Assembly (NCBI RefSeq): GCF_009834535.1
Contig: NC_045697.1
Coordinates: forward strand, 9,054,001 to 9,118,000
DNA from: Camelus ferus
Taxonomy: Eukaryota
Direction: 5' to 3'
DNA: 64,000 bases
Shown: positions 63,672 to 64,000 of the stretch, one piece after another
Layout: each line of letters begins with the position of its first letter
Position numbering within the stretch: the stretch's first letter is position 1
Program-made: the position numbers and the translations under genes
Notes under the pieces: generated by a model
Databases searched by the model: none
The model's input: the letters and a program-made list of their open reading frames with translations, nothing else
Told to the model about the DNA's origin: nothing

Positions 63672-64000
63672 CTTATCTGTCAGGTTGCACCGTGTAACAA
63701 AACACCTCAAAATTTGGTAGCTTAAAAACAGCAGCTGTTTATTTGGCTTATGATTCTGTGAGTTGGTGATTTAGGCTGGGCTTTGCTGGATTGTTCATTT
63801 TACTTCAGTCCTGCTTACTCAGAAGTCAGTGGCCAGCTTTGGTTAGGTGGTTGGCTTAGTGACCTTGCCTGAGCTTCCTTATTTGTTCTGGGGTTGGCTA
63901 GTTGTAGGCTAGTCTAGAATAATCTTGACTGGGGCATCACAGCTCTTCACCATGTGATCTTTCATTCACCAACAGGATATACTTGTTTTCATAGTAGAAA
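63672..64000 (-). mobile_element. MaLR LTR (MLT1-like), runs off the window end
   Basis: GTGTAACAAAACACCTCAAAATTTGGTAGCTTAAAAACAGCA..TTTATTTGGCTTATGATTCTGTG. Confidence 0.7.

Overview
Mammalian genomic DNA, repeat-rich and intronic or intergenic. I could not recognise any host protein-coding exon, tRNA or rRNA. The repeat content points to a camelid (alpaca/llama/camel) by inference: the young L1 3' ends look camelid-type and I saw no Alu, BovB/Bov-tA, PRE1 or Can-SINE. The main feature is a full-length (~7.1 kb), young but disabled LINE-1 at 48710-55812 (+). It has a 16-bp TSD, a CpG-rich 5'UTR, ORF1, a ~400-bp inter-ORF spacer and ORF2, and it sits inside an older 5'-truncated L1 that keeps its own TSD. 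The window also holds three ERV LTRs with TSDs, several MaLR/ERVL LTRs, hAT and Tigger MITEs, many MIR/L2/CR1 fossils, microsatellites and a 100-N assembly gap. The most notable observations are mechanistic: a strong-Kozak 75-codon ORF and splice-acceptor-like site in the L1 spacer overlapping the ORF2 start; a tail-less internal L1 ORF2 fragment; a short L1 with a probable 3' transduction; an LTR ending in a PBS stub plus a second terminus; and an LTR with a ~23-bp periodic CCAAT/octamer array. I found no convincing evidence of a wholly new biological system. Family names for old repeats come from recalled consensus similarity, not a search, and their boundaries are approximate.
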